The position numbers and the translations under genes were made by a program. The notes under the pieces were generated by a model, which had not been told where the DNA came from, made no database searches, and saw only the letters and a list, made by a program, of their open reading frames with translations. This document shows, piece after piece, positions 1 to 10,600 of a stretch of DNA of 64,000 nt. Position 1 is the first letter of the stretch; every line of letters starts with the position of its first letter. This DNA is from an uncultured cyanobacterium (lineage in GTDB: Bacteria > Cyanobacteriota > Cyanobacteriia > Phormidesmidales > Phormidesmidaceae). The DNA lies in the NCBI GenBank assembly GCA_963793265.1, contig CAWBZI010000001.1, positions 1,152,001-1,216,000 of the forward strand, given 5' to 3'.

Positions 1-783
1 GGACGAGAATTTCTTAGAGCGCACGACCTGCTTAAGATAGTAGAAAAGAAGGGTAAGGGAAAAAATGCAAAAACAGAGAAGCTACCTTGCTCGTTGAATA
101 CGAACGCACCGTGCGAAATGTGCATCGACTGCTTCACATACGGATTTGCAGCCGGTGGCGGCGGCGCTCAAAAAAGTCGCATTTGGACAGAGGATGCTTT
201 TAGTCTATTGCCAGCCAATGAATTAATAGACGATCGCACTATCAATGGCGTTTATGAAAACGGAACTATGCGATTGCCTCAGCAGGAAGAGGCAAAAGAT
301 AAAGCGTCACAGTCGCTCAATACCAGCGAGTACATAAAACCAGGCGTACATTTTCTAGACGTTGTTACATTCAAAGATTTGACGGCAGACGAGCTAAGGT
401 ACTCGCTTGGAAATATTCTACTGACTACTCGCTACGGAGCAATTTCTAGCCGAACTGGCAGAATGGACAATCAAATTTTGGGAGTATTTGGAGGTTCTAC
501 GGAACTGCCTAGCTCTCTTGAGCTAGTGCAGCAAATATATGACAAGATGTTCGAGAAAGAAGAGCGTTTTGAACATCCTCTAGCACCGAACGCTATTAAG
601 GAAAACACCTTTGGGGTTATCTCTGAATGGGAGAACAGGCGGGGCGTTTCAGTTAGGCTTTCGGAAGTAGAAACAAAGTCGTTAGTTGCAGACGTAGATA
701 GGCATTGGGCAGATGAAGAACGAGCTTCATTTTTAGAGAGACTGGATCAGTCTTACGAACCCTTTCGCAGAATTTCTACATAG
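1..783 (+). CDS. csc2: Type I-D Cas7 (Csc2), 5'-truncated by the window edge
   Basis: Frame is open from base 1 (GREFLRAHDL...). Cys cluster C-x6-CEMCIDC, YGFAAGGGGAQKSR, E-x-IKPG-x-HFLD and RYGAISSR-G motifs are typical of Csc2; lies upstream of csc1. Confidence 0.9.
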   Translation, partial: GREFLRAHDLLKIVEKKGKGKNAKTEKLPCSLNTNAPCEMCIDCFTYGFAAGGGGAQKSRIWTEDAFSLLPANELIDDRTINGVYENGTMRLPQQEEAKDKASQSLNTSEYIKPGVHFLDVVTFKDLTADELRYSLGNILLTTRYGAISSRTGRMDNQILGVFGGSTELPSSLELVQQIYDKMFEKEERFEHPLAPNAIKENTFGVISEWENRRGVSVRLSEVETKSLVADVDRHWADEERASFLERLDQSYEPFRRIST

Positions 784-792
784 GGAGACTTT

Positions 793-1623
793 GTGATGCC
801 GACTATTGAACAAATGGGCTTGAATATAGCAAAAGAGCCTACCGCCCAATTCAAAAAAGCGCGACTCATCGAGATATGGTGCGCTGAGCCTGTCTTCTTC
901 GCATCTAGAGAGATTTCTGATGGTTACTACACAGAAGGCGTACTTGGAAACTACGCCTTAGCTTATGCGCTAGGCTGGGTGTCTTCTCCTTATAGGCTAG
1001 AAGGCAAGGCCGTACACAGACCGTCTTATGTAGAAGACTTAGGGCCAATATCGCGAGATTCGTATATTTTGCCAGCTTGGCCCTCAACTGGGCAGGTAAA
1101 GTTTATATTTGAGCGATTCAACGCCTTATCAGATTCTTACTGGTACGCGATGAGTGCTAACAGAGTTGTAACCGATAGGAAAGCGCTACCAGAGTATAGG
1201 CAACTACAAAAGATAAAAGGAACGCCTACTCCGAAACACCGCTCGTACGCACCTATCAACTTTCCACAGACAGGTCAGATTCGGATGATTGACCGAGGCA
1301 ATCGGTTTCAAACATTAGTATTTGGGAACAGAGAACTTCCAGAGCACTTTCGCATTGGGAAGTTCAGAAGTAAAGTTCAACTTTCGGTACTGGCAGAGTT
1401 TAGCTTGGAATCGCTGCCAGAGGCAGAATACATTTGCATACCCTTACTAAATACCGCTGACCTGCCGTCCAACCTTAAACTCACAGCCTTCGATCTAGTT
1501 TCAGTGCCACCTGCATCACTTTTGAAAAACTTGCGTTTTAAAGGAGAAGCTTGGCGGATTGGAAACTTTGTTGTTCCTGCCCATCTTCAGTTCTGCGGAA
1601 ATCGAGTCTCTCATGAAAAATGA
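793..1623 (+). CDS. csc1: Type I-D Cas5 (Csc1)
   Basis: PVFFASRE, NYALAYALG, NFPQTG and FRIGKFRSK motifs; GGGAG SD upstream; start GTG793 or ATG796. Confidence 0.88.
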   Translation: MMPTIEQMGLNIAKEPTAQFKKARLIEIWCAEPVFFASREISDGYYTEGVLGNYALAYALGWVSSPYRLEGKAVHRPSYVEDLGPISRDSYILPAWPSTGQVKFIFERFNALSDSYWYAMSANRVVTDRKALPEYRQLQKIKGTPTPKHRSYAPINFPQTGQIRMIDRGNRFQTLVFGNRELPEHFRIGKFRSKVQLSVLAEFSLESLPEAEYICIPLLNTADLPSNLKLTAFDLVSVPPASLLKNLRFKGEAWRIGNFVVPAHLQFCGNRVSHEK

Positions 1624-3907
1624 AGCAATAAACATTACGCTTGAGCCAAAAGGCATTGCGGCCTGCACAGATTTGCCACCACAGCTAGCTTTTATGGGTC
1701 GAGCCTTGCAACATCAGGTAGACGTATTCGATAAAGCTGTTAACCACAACATCATCGTTAACTCATCATCTACAGGGACAGGGAAAACTAAAGCAGCATT
1801 CACAGTTCTACTGCATGAGAAAAATAGAAACCGACATGCTATCTATGTTGCGCCAACTAATGCGCTAATTGAACAACAAAAATCAGCCGCAGAGAAATTT
1901 ATAAAACAGGCAGATCTTTCGCATGTTGTCATAGAGGCATCTGCAAAAGATATCAGAAGCTGGCCAAGCGATAGAGTAGGAATACGTCCAGGCGAAAAAA
2001 TCTATAACCTGTTGAGGAATCCGGCCACTATTTTTCCTGAGTTGGGAAGCAATCGGCCCGTTTTGCTCATCACTAATCCAGATATCTTCTACTACGCTAC
2101 CTTCTTTGCCTATCGTCAATTGGATCGCGTAAATATTGCCAGTAAGTTTTATAGCCAGTTCTCGACAGTAATTTTTGATGAGTTTCATCTCTACGATGCC
2201 AAGCAGCTAATTGGACTACTTTTCTACATGGCCCTCTCTCATGAGTTCGGGTACTTCAATCATGGGCGGCGAATAATTTTGCTAACAGCGACACCTGAGC
2301 CTGCCTGCGAGTCAACATTGGAAAGTCTATCTAGGCAAGGCGTCAAAATTGCATATGTCGATGGAGAGTCTACCAGTGAGAACCTACTACCGTCTCAAAC
2401 AACAGTAAATTTGTGCATTCGCCCACAACCCGATAGGGATCAACTAATCTTAGAAATTAGCCGCAAAGTTCAGAGAAACCTGAAAGACAACCCAGATAAC
2501 TACGGTGCCGTTATTCTGGATTCGCTCGATCAAATCAATCAGCTTTCCGACGAGCTACAGAGTAAAGGATTAGGTCGTGAGGTTGGAAGAATAACAGGGC
2601 CATCCCCTTTAGCTGATCGTCAGCGTGCAGCACAGTGCAAAATAATCTTAGCTACTAGCACTGTTGATGTTGGCTTTAATTTTGAGCGAAATCCTACATC
2701 AGAAAGGCAACCTTTGGACTGGATAATCTTTTCTGCCCAAGATCGCGCTGCTTTCTGGCAGCGCATTGGTCGAGTTGGTCGGGTTTTAGGAAGATCGCAA
2801 ACTGATATTTCTTCTGTAGCTACAGCTTACTTACCAGAAAAAGCCTGGGAGCAGAATATAAGTTCGCTTAATGGGTTACAGGGGCGCGAGGCTCTTGAAC
2901 AAAAGCTATTAGAGGTAGATTGTCTCGATCGCCCTTTCCTCTCTGTTTATTGGCAGTCTGAGGCTTTTGTAGAAATCGCTCGGCCTTTTTTGATTCTTGA
3001 AAATATGATGGACGGGTTGGCAGAAAGTGAACTACTATCAAACCTTTATCAGACAATCAAAAACGTTTTGGGTGGAAAGCGTGACTGGAAATACTATAAA
3101 CAAAGAATGCAAGCATTGCAGGCAGCGGAGTCAATAGCACAACATCGCGGCAACGATGCGAAGAACCCACCGCTTAAGTTTATAAAAGGAAATGCTAGAT
3201 GGGCAATAGTGACAGCTTTTCTAAAGGCAGAATGTCCAGAAGACTGGGAAGAGCTGAAAGCGGGAAAGACAAACATAAGGGATTACGAAGAAGTTTTGAG
3301 CGAATCTTCTGAAGCTATTACCGCATTCCGCACCTTTTGCAAGAAATTCAGTGTTAGCTACTCACCCCTTTTTGGTTTTCGTTCTAGCTTGTTCAAAAGT
3401 CTAGATATCAAAGATCCAAGAGGATTTCTGCTAGATGTTTCAGACAAGACTGTGATTGATCCGATCCATCTTCTTCGCTACTACGAGTTCTCTAACGATC
3501 AAGATACGGTTGAATTGGTAAATCGTGCTGCGCAGCCCTATCAGGTAAGCTTTCGACTGAGATATTACGATAACAGCTTGAGCTGGAAGAGCGATCACAT
3601 GAATAAACTTCAGTCATTTGAGAATTGTCATATCGAACGTAGAAGAGACGGCGCTCTTTCACCTACACCGCTTCTATCGAAATTAGAGAGAGAGCTGATT
3701 CCGGGCGCAATTATCTGCCCGGTTGCAAATGCTTATGCCTACTACCAATCGAGAAAGGACAGGATAGTATCTTATCCAATCACTGTAGTTGGAAACAACT
3801 TTGAAAAAGAGTATGTATTTTTTCCTGGGCTTTCAGGAATTTTGACTCTAGCGCTTTATGGCACGCGGCTAAAGCTGCCGGATGAGGAGGAGTTTCTATA
3901 CTTTTAA
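1613..3907 (+). CDS. cas3: Type I-D Cas3' helicase (no HD nuclease domain)
   Basis: SF2 motifs TGTGKT, PTNAL, TNPD, DEFH, TAT, ATSTVDVG and QRIGRVGR; no N-terminal HD domain; ATG1613 overlaps the csc1 end. Confidence 0.9.
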   Translation: MKNEAINITLEPKGIAACTDLPPQLAFMGRALQHQVDVFDKAVNHNIIVNSSSTGTGKTKAAFTVLLHEKNRNRHAIYVAPTNALIEQQKSAAEKFIKQADLSHVVIEASAKDIRSWPSDRVGIRPGEKIYNLLRNPATIFPELGSNRPVLLITNPDIFYYATFFAYRQLDRVNIASKFYSQFSTVIFDEFHLYDAKQLIGLLFYMALSHEFGYFNHGRRIILLTATPEPACESTLESLSRQGVKIAYVDGESTSENLLPSQTTVNLCIRPQPDRDQLILEISRKVQRNLKDNPDNYGAVILDSLDQINQLSDELQSKGLGREVGRITGPSPLADRQRAAQCKIILATSTVDVGFNFERNPTSERQPLDWIIFSAQDRAAFWQRIGRVGRVLGRSQTDISSVATAYLPEKAWEQNISSLNGLQGREALEQKLLEVDCLDRPFLSVYWQSEAFVEIARPFLILENMMDGLAESELLSNLYQTIKNVLGGKRDWKYYKQRMQALQAAESIAQHRGNDAKNPPLKFIKGNARWAIVTAFLKAECPEDWEELKAGKTNIRDYEEVLSESSEAITAFRTFCKKFSVSYSPLFGFRSSLFKSLDIKDPRGFLLDVSDKTVIDPIHLLRYYEFSNDQDTVELVNRAAQPYQVSFRLRYYDNSLSWKSDHMNKLQSFENCHIERRRDGALSPTPLLSKLERELIPGAIICPVANAYAYYQSRKDRIVSYPITVVGNNFEKEYVFFPGLSGILTLALYGTRLKLPDEEEFLYF

Positions 3908-3955
3908 TCTTGTTAAGAAGTCTGCTGACTATCCAAAACGCACTGAAGAATTGCT

Positions 3956-4828
3956 ATGCCCTACAGTCTTGTCCTCAATCTTGTACCGCTCTCTCCAATT
4001 CCCAAAACGCATCTAAGCGGGCGACATTTACACGCGCTGTTTTTGGATTTGGTCAGGTCGCATAACCCGGAGCTAGCAACCATCCTCCACGGCCAAACCA
4101 CCCAGAAAGCCTTTACCCTCAGCCCGCTACAAACCAATATCACCACGCAACAGTCACCCGAAACGCTGCAATGGAGCTATCGAAACGCCATCCCTGCGGG
4201 CTCCTTGTGCTGGTGGCGCATTACATTGCTAGATGACACGCTGTTTGCGCAGCTTGCTCACCTGTGGCTGGGCTTGGATAAACAGCAGCAGTGGCAGCTT
4301 GGGGGCAGTCCGATTCAGGTGACGCGCGTGATTGGGACGCAGCAGTTAGGTCAGCCCTGGGCGGGCTATGTGGGTTATCAGCAGCTTTATGAGCAGGCGA
4401 GCGATCGCACTCGAAAACTCCCTTTTAAGCTATGCACCCCCACTAACTTTCGCATCAGCGACTACGACTCTTCTATGCCAACGCGCGATCGCGTATTCAA
4501 AAGCCTGCTAAAGCGCTGGAACCACTACAGCAACATCCCGTTTGAGCCTGACATTATCAGCCATATCTACCCCGGCGAATACAGCATCCATTCAGAAATC
4601 GCCATCGACAGCCGCAGCAAATTTATCGGCTGTGTTGGCAATCTCTCTTTTAATATTCTGGGTGATCTGATGCCGAGCACGGTTAAACAAATTAACGCGC
4701 TGGCAGCGTTTTCTTTGTATGCAGGCGTCGGACGAAAAACGCCAATGGGTATGGGGCAAACGTTTTATGGTGAGATGAAGGCGAATGCTGTGCCTAAGCC
4801 TAAGCCGAGGCGCAAGGTAGCGGTATGA
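3956..4828 (+). CDS. cas6: CRISPR endoribonuclease Cas6
   Basis: MPYSLVLNL start, GRHLHALF, TPT motif and C-terminal Gly-rich loop YAGVGRKTPMGMG. Confidence 0.95.
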   Translation: MPYSLVLNLVPLSPIPKTHLSGRHLHALFLDLVRSHNPELATILHGQTTQKAFTLSPLQTNITTQQSPETLQWSYRNAIPAGSLCWWRITLLDDTLFAQLAHLWLGLDKQQQWQLGGSPIQVTRVIGTQQLGQPWAGYVGYQQLYEQASDRTRKLPFKLCTPTNFRISDYDSSMPTRDRVFKSLLKRWNHYSNIPFEPDIISHIYPGEYSIHSEIAIDSRSKFIGCVGNLSFNILGDLMPSTVKQINALAAFSLYAGVGRKTPMGMGQTFYGEMKANAVPKPKPRRKVAV

Positions 4829-5403
4829 GTATTCAGTATTTGCCGCTCTCCTATCTCAATGCTTGGGAGTATTGCCATCGCCGCTTTTACTTGGAGTATG
4901 AGCTGGGAGAGATGAAGATAAATGAGCATATTGTGATGGGGACTCATCTGCATCGGAACGTGGATGAGGAAACGGTGCGGCGAGAAGGAGAGACGACGAT
5001 TTATCAGCAGCAGTGGGTGTGGAGCGATCGCCTAAAAATATCCGGTATCATCGACGCCGTAGAAGAAACTCACGGACACCTTGTACCGCTCGAATACAAA
5101 AAAGGGCGCATGGGCAAACACCTGAGCGATCACTTTCAGCTTTGCGGGGCGGCGCTGTGTTTGGAGGAGCGCATGGGGAGAGAGATTGAGTATGGAGAGA
5201 TTTTTTATCATGCCAATCGGCGGCGGGAGCGGGTGATGTTTACTGAGGAATTGCGGGGTAAAACGGAGGCTGCTGTGATGGCAGCGATCACAGCCACCCA
5301 GTCCACCATTCCCGCACCCATCACCCACAAAACCAAATGTAGCGCCTGTAGCCTCACAGAAATTTGCCTACCCAAAGAAGTTCTCGCTTTACAACAATTA
5401 TGA
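4825..5403 (+). CDS. cas4: Cas4 exonuclease
   Basis: YCHRR, G-IID...PLEYKKG nuclease motif, QL, C-terminal CSACSLTEIC Fe-S cysteines; ATGA overlap with cas6. Confidence 0.95.
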   Translation: MSIQYLPLSYLNAWEYCHRRFYLEYELGEMKINEHIVMGTHLHRNVDEETVRREGETTIYQQQWVWSDRLKISGIIDAVEETHGHLVPLEYKKGRMGKHLSDHFQLCGAALCLEERMGREIEYGEIFYHANRRRERVMFTEELRGKTEAAVMAAITATQSTIPAPITHKTKCSACSLTEICLPKEVLALQQL

Positions 5404-6377
5404 CCTCTCTTTACATCACTCAGCCCGACGCCCGGCTCAGCAAAAAATACGAAGCCTTTAAAGTCTCGCTTAAGCAAGAAGATGGCACCTGGAAAAATCA
5501 ATCTGTGCCTGCGCAAACTGTTGAAGAAGTGGTGCTGATGGGCAATCCTTCGGTGACTGGCGATGCGCTGATGTATGCGCTGGAGCTAGGGATGCCGGTG
5601 CACTATCTCTCTCCTTTTGGTAAATACTTAGGGGCGGCGCTGCCAGGACATTCTCGCAACGGACAGCTCAGGCTGGCGCAGTATGGCGCTTACAAGGATG
5701 CTGATGCCAAGCTGACGATTGTGAAGGCGATGGTAACCGCTAAAATTCATAACCAGTATGCGGTGCTGTACCGGCACGGGCAAAAGGAGAATCCCTTAAA
5801 GCTGCGGAAGGCGTTGGTAGCGCAGCAGCATAGCGTGGATCAGGTGCGGGGGATTGAGGGGCTGGCGGCGAGAGAGTATTTTGCGGGGCTTTCGGGGATG
5901 CTGGCGGAGGAGTGGAAGTTTGGGGGGCGCAATCGACGGCCGCCGACTGATCCGGTGAACGCGCTGTTGAGCTTTGGCTATGCGCTGTTGCGAAGCCAGG
6001 TGACTTCGGCGGCGCATATTGCCGGGCTCGATCCTTATGTGGGCTATTTGCATGAGGTGCATCACGGGCAACCGGCGATGGTGCTGGATTTGATGGAGGA
6101 GTTTCGGCCTTTGGTGGCGGATAATGTGGTGCTCGCGACGATCAACAATCGGTCGATTCAGCCGCAGGATTTTACAGAGAGTTTGGGGGCGTACCGGCTG
6201 AGTGACGGGGGGCGGCGGACGTTTTTGCAGGCGTTTGATCGCAAGCTGAACGATACGTTTAAGCATCCAACGTTTGGGTACAAGTGTAGCTACCGAAGAG
6301 CGATCGCACTTCAGGCCCGGCTCTTAGCTAAGCATCTGCAAGAGGGCGTTGTTTACAAGGGTTTGGCGCTGCGATGA
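5400..6377 (+). CDS. cas1: Cas1 integrase (I-D type)
   Basis: RGIEGLAAREYF, RNRRPPTDPVNALLSFGY, GLDPYVGYLH and LDLMEEFRP; ATGA overlap with cas4. Confidence 0.97.
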   Translation: MTSLYITQPDARLSKKYEAFKVSLKQEDGTWKNQSVPAQTVEEVVLMGNPSVTGDALMYALELGMPVHYLSPFGKYLGAALPGHSRNGQLRLAQYGAYKDADAKLTIVKAMVTAKIHNQYAVLYRHGQKENPLKLRKALVAQQHSVDQVRGIEGLAAREYFAGLSGMLAEEWKFGGRNRRPPTDPVNALLSFGYALLRSQVTSAAHIAGLDPYVGYLHEVHHGQPAMVLDLMEEFRPLVADNVVLATINNRSIQPQDFTESLGAYRLSDGGRRTFLQAFDRKLNDTFKHPTFGYKCSYRRAIALQARLLAKHLQEGVVYKGLALR

Positions 6378-6667
6378 CGACGCTCTTTTATCTCATTATT
6401 TACGATTTGCCAGATAGTAAGGCGGCAAATAAGCGGCGCAACCGGCTGCATAAGCTGCTGTCGGGCTATGGCCAATGGACGCAGTACAGTGTGTTTGAGT
6501 GCTTTTTGAATGGGGTGCAGTTTGCGAAGTTGCAAGTGCAGATAGAGCGGCTGATTAAGGTGAATGAGGATTCGGTGCGGGTGTATGTGTTGGATGCGGG
6601 GGCGGTGAAGAAGTCGCTGACGTATGGGTCTGAGCAGCCGAGGCAAGCGTCAGCGATTATTTTGTAG
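6374..6667 (+). CDS. cas2: Cas2
   Basis: YLIIYDL, YGQWTQYSVFEC and EDSVRVY; ATGA overlap with cas1. Confidence 0.96.
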   Translation: MTTLFYLIIYDLPDSKAANKRRNRLHKLLSGYGQWTQYSVFECFLNGVQFAKLQVQIERLIKVNEDSVRVYVLDAGAVKKSLTYGSEQPRQASAIIL

Positions 6668-6731
6668 GAGGGGCACGGGCTATAGATGCTACCTTAAGGG
6701 CGTGAGCATTTGTTCAGCGGAGCCCTAACGT

Positions 6732-7448
6732 ATGGTTTCTCAACTTTCTAAACTTGCTGAGTCTGAAGTAGCTGACGTTTTCTATCCAGATTCTGATGGT
6801 CAGCCGATGGCAAGCAACACGGAGCAATACCGCTGGATTGTGATGATTCAGCAGAACTTAGACTGGCTTTTGTCGGATGCTTTTGTCGCGGGCGATTTGT
6901 TTTGGTATCCCATTGAAGGCCGTTCGGATGTGTCTGTTGCGCCGGATGTGATGGTGGCTGTTGGAAGGCCGAAAGGAAAAAGGCTTTCTTATAAGCAGTG
7001 GGAAGAAGAGGGTGTTGCGCCACAGGTTATTTTTGAGATCATTTCGCCTAGCAACACTAAACGAGAGATGGATAAAAAGCTGCTTTTCTTTGAGCGTTAT
7101 GGGGTTGAAGAGTATTATCTTTACGACACTGAACGTAACAGTTTGGACGGCTTTTTACGGGGTGAGTTTGGCTTAGAGCATATTGCAGATATGGCTGGCT
7201 GGGTAAGTCCTTTGCTTGATATTCGTTTTGATATGTCGGGCGATGAGCTGACGCTATTTCGTCCGGATGGAACGCCTTTTTTGAGCTATCAAGAGGTTAT
7301 TGAGCAAGCTGAAGTGGCTAAGCAGGAGACTGAAGCGGCTAAGCAGAAGGCTGAAGTGGCTAAGCAAGAAGCTGAAGTGGCTAAGCAGGAGACTATGAAG
7401 CTGGCTGAGAAGCTCAGAGCGCTTGGCGTTGACCCCAATGCTGTATGA
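6732..7448 (+). CDS. Uma2 family (DUF820) putative endonuclease with C-terminal coiled coil
   Basis: YPDSDGQPMA, APDVMV, FEIISPSN, YGVEEYYLYD and a LAEKLRALGVDP tail typical of cyanobacterial Uma2 proteins. Confidence 0.9.
   Translation: MVSQLSKLAESEVADVFYPDSDGQPMASNTEQYRWIVMIQQNLDWLLSDAFVAGDLFWYPIEGRSDVSVAPDVMVAVGRPKGKRLSYKQWEEEGVAPQVIFEIISPSNTKREMDKKLLFFERYGVEEYYLYDTERNSLDGFLRGEFGLEHIADMAGWVSPLLDIRFDMSGDELTLFRPDGTPFLSYQEVIEQAEVAKQETEAAKQKAEVAKQEAEVAKQETMKLAEKLRALGVDPNAV
7308..7391 (+). repeat. 4 x 21-bp tandem repeat encoding heptads (AEVAKQE)
   Basis: gctgaagtggctaagcaggag / actgaagcggctaagcagaag / gctgaagtggctaagcaagaa / gctgaagtggctaagcaggag. Confidence 0.9.
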
Positions 7449-7639
7449 TTTTGGCAAAGCCAAGCGGGGGCGATTTCCCTGGGAGGTTTGCCAAAACGCT
7501 AGAACCTTGATAATTCAATAGCTTTGAGAATTTTAGGGAGGGGCGATCGCGATGAATGTCAGCTATTTTTGCTGGTTTTTATGACCTTTGCCAAAACCCT
7601 CTCTGAGATCGATGTATAGTAAGGGTTCCAAAGGCCGGA
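7449..7639 (+). promoter_or_regulatory. CRISPR leader
   Basis: Non-coding and adjacent to the first perfect repeat; TTTGCCAAAAC at 7487 and 7587, with an inverted copy TTTTGGCAAA at 7449; the degenerate repeat is at the opposite end of the array. Confidence 0.85.
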
Positions 7640-10600
7640 CGCGCCAAACCCAAATCCCGATTACCGGGACTGAAACCTAACGGCTGCCGAGTAGAGCACG
7701 TAAACAACTCATTGCGCGCCAAACCCAAATCCCGATTACCGGGACTGAAACGAATGACGAAGTTTGATTTAGACGACTTTTACAGGCGCGCCAAACCCAA
7801 ATCCCGATTACCGGGACTGAAACTGGACATGTTAGGCATGAGCGCGCTTGACATGGAAGCGCGCCAAACCCAAATCCCGATTACCGGGACTGAAACTTTG
7901 GTGCAAAACGGGCAACACGACGCGCCGGTACATCGCGCCAAACCCAAATCCCGATTACCGGGACTGAAACTTGCTGCTTGAGCCATTAGCAAGTAATCCA
8001 AGTGTCCGCGCCAAACCCAAATCCCGATTACCGGGACTGAAACTACAGCAGTGACTTGACCGACCTTAAGAATCCTGCTTCGCGCCAAACCCAAATCCCG
8101 ATTACCGGGACTGAAACATTTGGCATTCATTACTGCTAATGTATCGCGAACTAAACGCGCCAAACCCAAATCCCGATTACCGGGACTGAAACAGATGCTG
8201 CAGGCTGCACTGCGCAATCGCATCGACTTATCGCGCCAAACCCAAATCCCGATTACCGGGACTGAAACTCAAGACCTTTGCTGTACTCAGCACGGGTTGA
8301 AGCTAAGCGCGCCAAACCCAAATCCCGATTACCGGGACTGAAACTAGCGCTAGGCTCGGTCTATGACAGCGAACGGCTACGGCCGCGCCAAACCCAAATC
8401 CCGATTACCGGGACTGAAACATTACGCGCAACTGCCATCAGATGCACCCAATCAGTCGCGCCAAACCCAAATCCCGATTACCGGGACTGAAACATCTAGC
8501 CGAAGACTTGCCAGCCGCAAGTTCTACTAAGCCGCGCCAAACCCAAATCCCGATTACCGGGACTGAAACATCGTGATGCTGCAGAGACGTTCGCGAGCAA
8601 TCTGAGCGCGCCAAACCCAAATCCCGATTACCGGGACTGAAACACAGCGGCAGTGCTGCAGACGATTGACAGCAGTCGGACCGCGCCAAACCCAAATCCC
8701 GATTACCGGGACTGAAACCGTCGATCGCAAGCTTCGACAGCGTTAAGCCGTATCAACGCGCCAAACCCAAATCCCGATTACCGGGACTGAAACGTTGACT
8801 ACTAGTCTGCAAGCAGCATTCGCTCCGCGTCGCGCCAAACCCAAATCCCGATTACCGGGACTGAAACTTAGCTACTGCTGAACTGCGCACAGGCGAACTG
8901 ACTGGCGCGCCAAACCCAAATCCCGATTACCGGGACTGAAACTCAACGACTGCTAGTCCGCTCAAGTGCCGACTGCACGCGCGCCAAACCCAAATCCCGA
9001 TTACCGGGACTGAAACGCTAGTTGGCTCAGGCTGGTTCGAATACTAGTCGACGCGCCAAACCCAAATCCCGATTACCGGGACTGAAACGATCAGCTGATG
9101 TACGCCGATAGTCGTTGAATCAGCGCGCGCCAAACCCAAATCCCGATTACCGGGACTGAAACGATAGTCGTGACTGTAGCCAGCGATTCAAGCGCGTCGC
9201 GCGCCAAACCCAAATCCCGATTACCGGGACTGAAACTTGCAGCTTGCCAGACTTGAAGGTCAGCTAAATTTTTCGCGCCAAACCCAAATCCCGATTACCG
9301 GGACTGAAACGATCTGCGATCGCACTAGCGCCTCGCCGCGTATCTGTCCGCGCCAAACCCAAATCCCGATTACCGGGACTGAAACAAGCAATCTTCTAGA
9401 CTTCACATCGGAGTTCAATGCTCTCGCGCCAAACCCAAATCCCGATTACCGGGACTGAAACGATGATTGCGAATGTCTGTTAGCTTGATTTGCGACAGCG
9501 CGCCAAACCCAAATCCCGATTACCGGGACTGAAACAACAATCTGCTAGACTTCCAATGCGGGTTCAATGCTGCCGCGCCAAACCCAAATCCCGATTACCG
9601 GGACTGAAACATTAGATGCGCTGTCCGAACTCGCGGAGAGAATCGCAGCGCGCCAAACCCAAATCCCGATTACCGGGACTGAAACGCAGCGGCGTTGCAG
9701 ACTCGACTACGCAAGCGTACAGCGCGCCAAACCCAAATCCCGATTACCGGGACTGAAACGCGTAGGGATAGACGTGGTGCCGACTGCTAATCACCGCGCG
9801 CCAAACCCAAATCCCGATTACCGGGACTGAAACATTCCAGACACTATCAGAGCCGTAGCAAGCGCTGATACGCGCCAAACCCAAATCCCGATTACCGGGA
9901 CTGAAACTCTAGAATAGCGTTATGGATTAGCGCACGTATGCTAACCCGCGCCAAACCCAAATCCCGATTACCGGGACTGAAACCATTGGACACTATCAGA
10001 CTGCGACTGTCAGGTGTCTGTCCGCGCCAAACCCAAATCCCGATTACCGGGACTGAAACACAGTGCTATCAACGTCCGGACTAACGCTGGACAGCAGGCG
10101 CGCCAAACCCAAATCCCGATTACCGGGACTGAAACTTAGCATCGTCAGTGAGCAGTTCCGGCCAAGCCTGTTGCCGCGCCAAACCCAAATCCCGATTACC
10201 GGGACTGAAACATCTGAATCTATTAGACTGTATGTGCTAGGACTGTTAGCGCGCCAAACCCAAATCCCGATTACCGGGACTGAAACTAGACAGACTCGGA
10301 CTGGCTCAGCATCAGCAGCTATCGCGCCAAACCCAAATCCCGATTACCGGGACTGAAACAATCCGAATCACTTTATGCCCTGGGCGCATCTCTTGCCGCG
10401 CCAAACCCAAATCCCGATTACCGGGACTGAAACGGATCTCAGCAGATGGCATTACCGCTGGCCTAGCTACGCGCCAAACCCAAATCCCGATTACCGGGAC
10501 TGAAACACAAACGCAGACAAGCAGCTTAAAATCGCCTGCAAGCGCGCCAAACCCAAATCCCGATTACCGGGACTGAAACATTTGATTCGCTATAGTATCA

